NCBI RefSeq assembly: GCF_001194135.2
Contig: NC_068988.1
Location: 11,001,837-11,038,880 of the forward strand
Length of the DNA stretch: 37,044 nucleotides
Source: Octopus bimaculoides
Lineage: Eukaryota
Direction: 5' to 3'
Part shown: piece by piece, positions 36,984 through 37,044 of the stretch
Position numbering within the stretch: the stretch's first letter is position 1
Layout: each line of letters opens with the position of its first letter
Translations under genes and position numbers: made by a program
The notes under the pieces: model-generated
What the model saw: only the letters and a program-made list of their open reading frames with translations
What the model was told of the DNA's origin: nothing
Database searches by the model: none

Positions 36984-37044
<61 letters not shown>
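36984..37044. repeat. (GT)n microsatellite running to the window end
   Basis: Read directly. Confidence 0.97.

Overview
This is AT-rich eukaryotic DNA, not prokaryotic. It is dense in (TA)n, (CA)n/(TG)n, (TACA)n, (AGAT)n and (TAT)n microsatellites and has 11 assembly gaps (about 3.5 kb of N), almost all flanked by simple repeats. The interspersed repeats look like octopus tRNA-derived SINEs, so the source is inferred to be an Octopus draft assembly; that rests on recalled repeat families, not a search. No intact long ORF exists: every long ORF in the track is N or microsatellite read-through. Well supported features are at least 12 SINE copies or fragments from about 3 families, a decayed R4/Dong-like non-LTR retrotransposon (15.1-16.0 kb, minus), a 225-bp palindromic MITE-like element and several tandem repeats. 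A handful of short segments have splice-site-like borders and protein-like open frames; the best is a Thr/Asn-rich segment at 1640-1843 on the minus strand. None can be assigned to a gene. I found no convincing novel multi-gene system. The most interesting signals are structural: a three-unit tandem SINE array, a SINE bracketed by ~125-bp direct repeats, a (TA)n insertion with a 5-bp duplication at the centre of a perfect 20-bp palindrome, and two weak motif-bearing candidate exons (HIT-like and RHIM-like).
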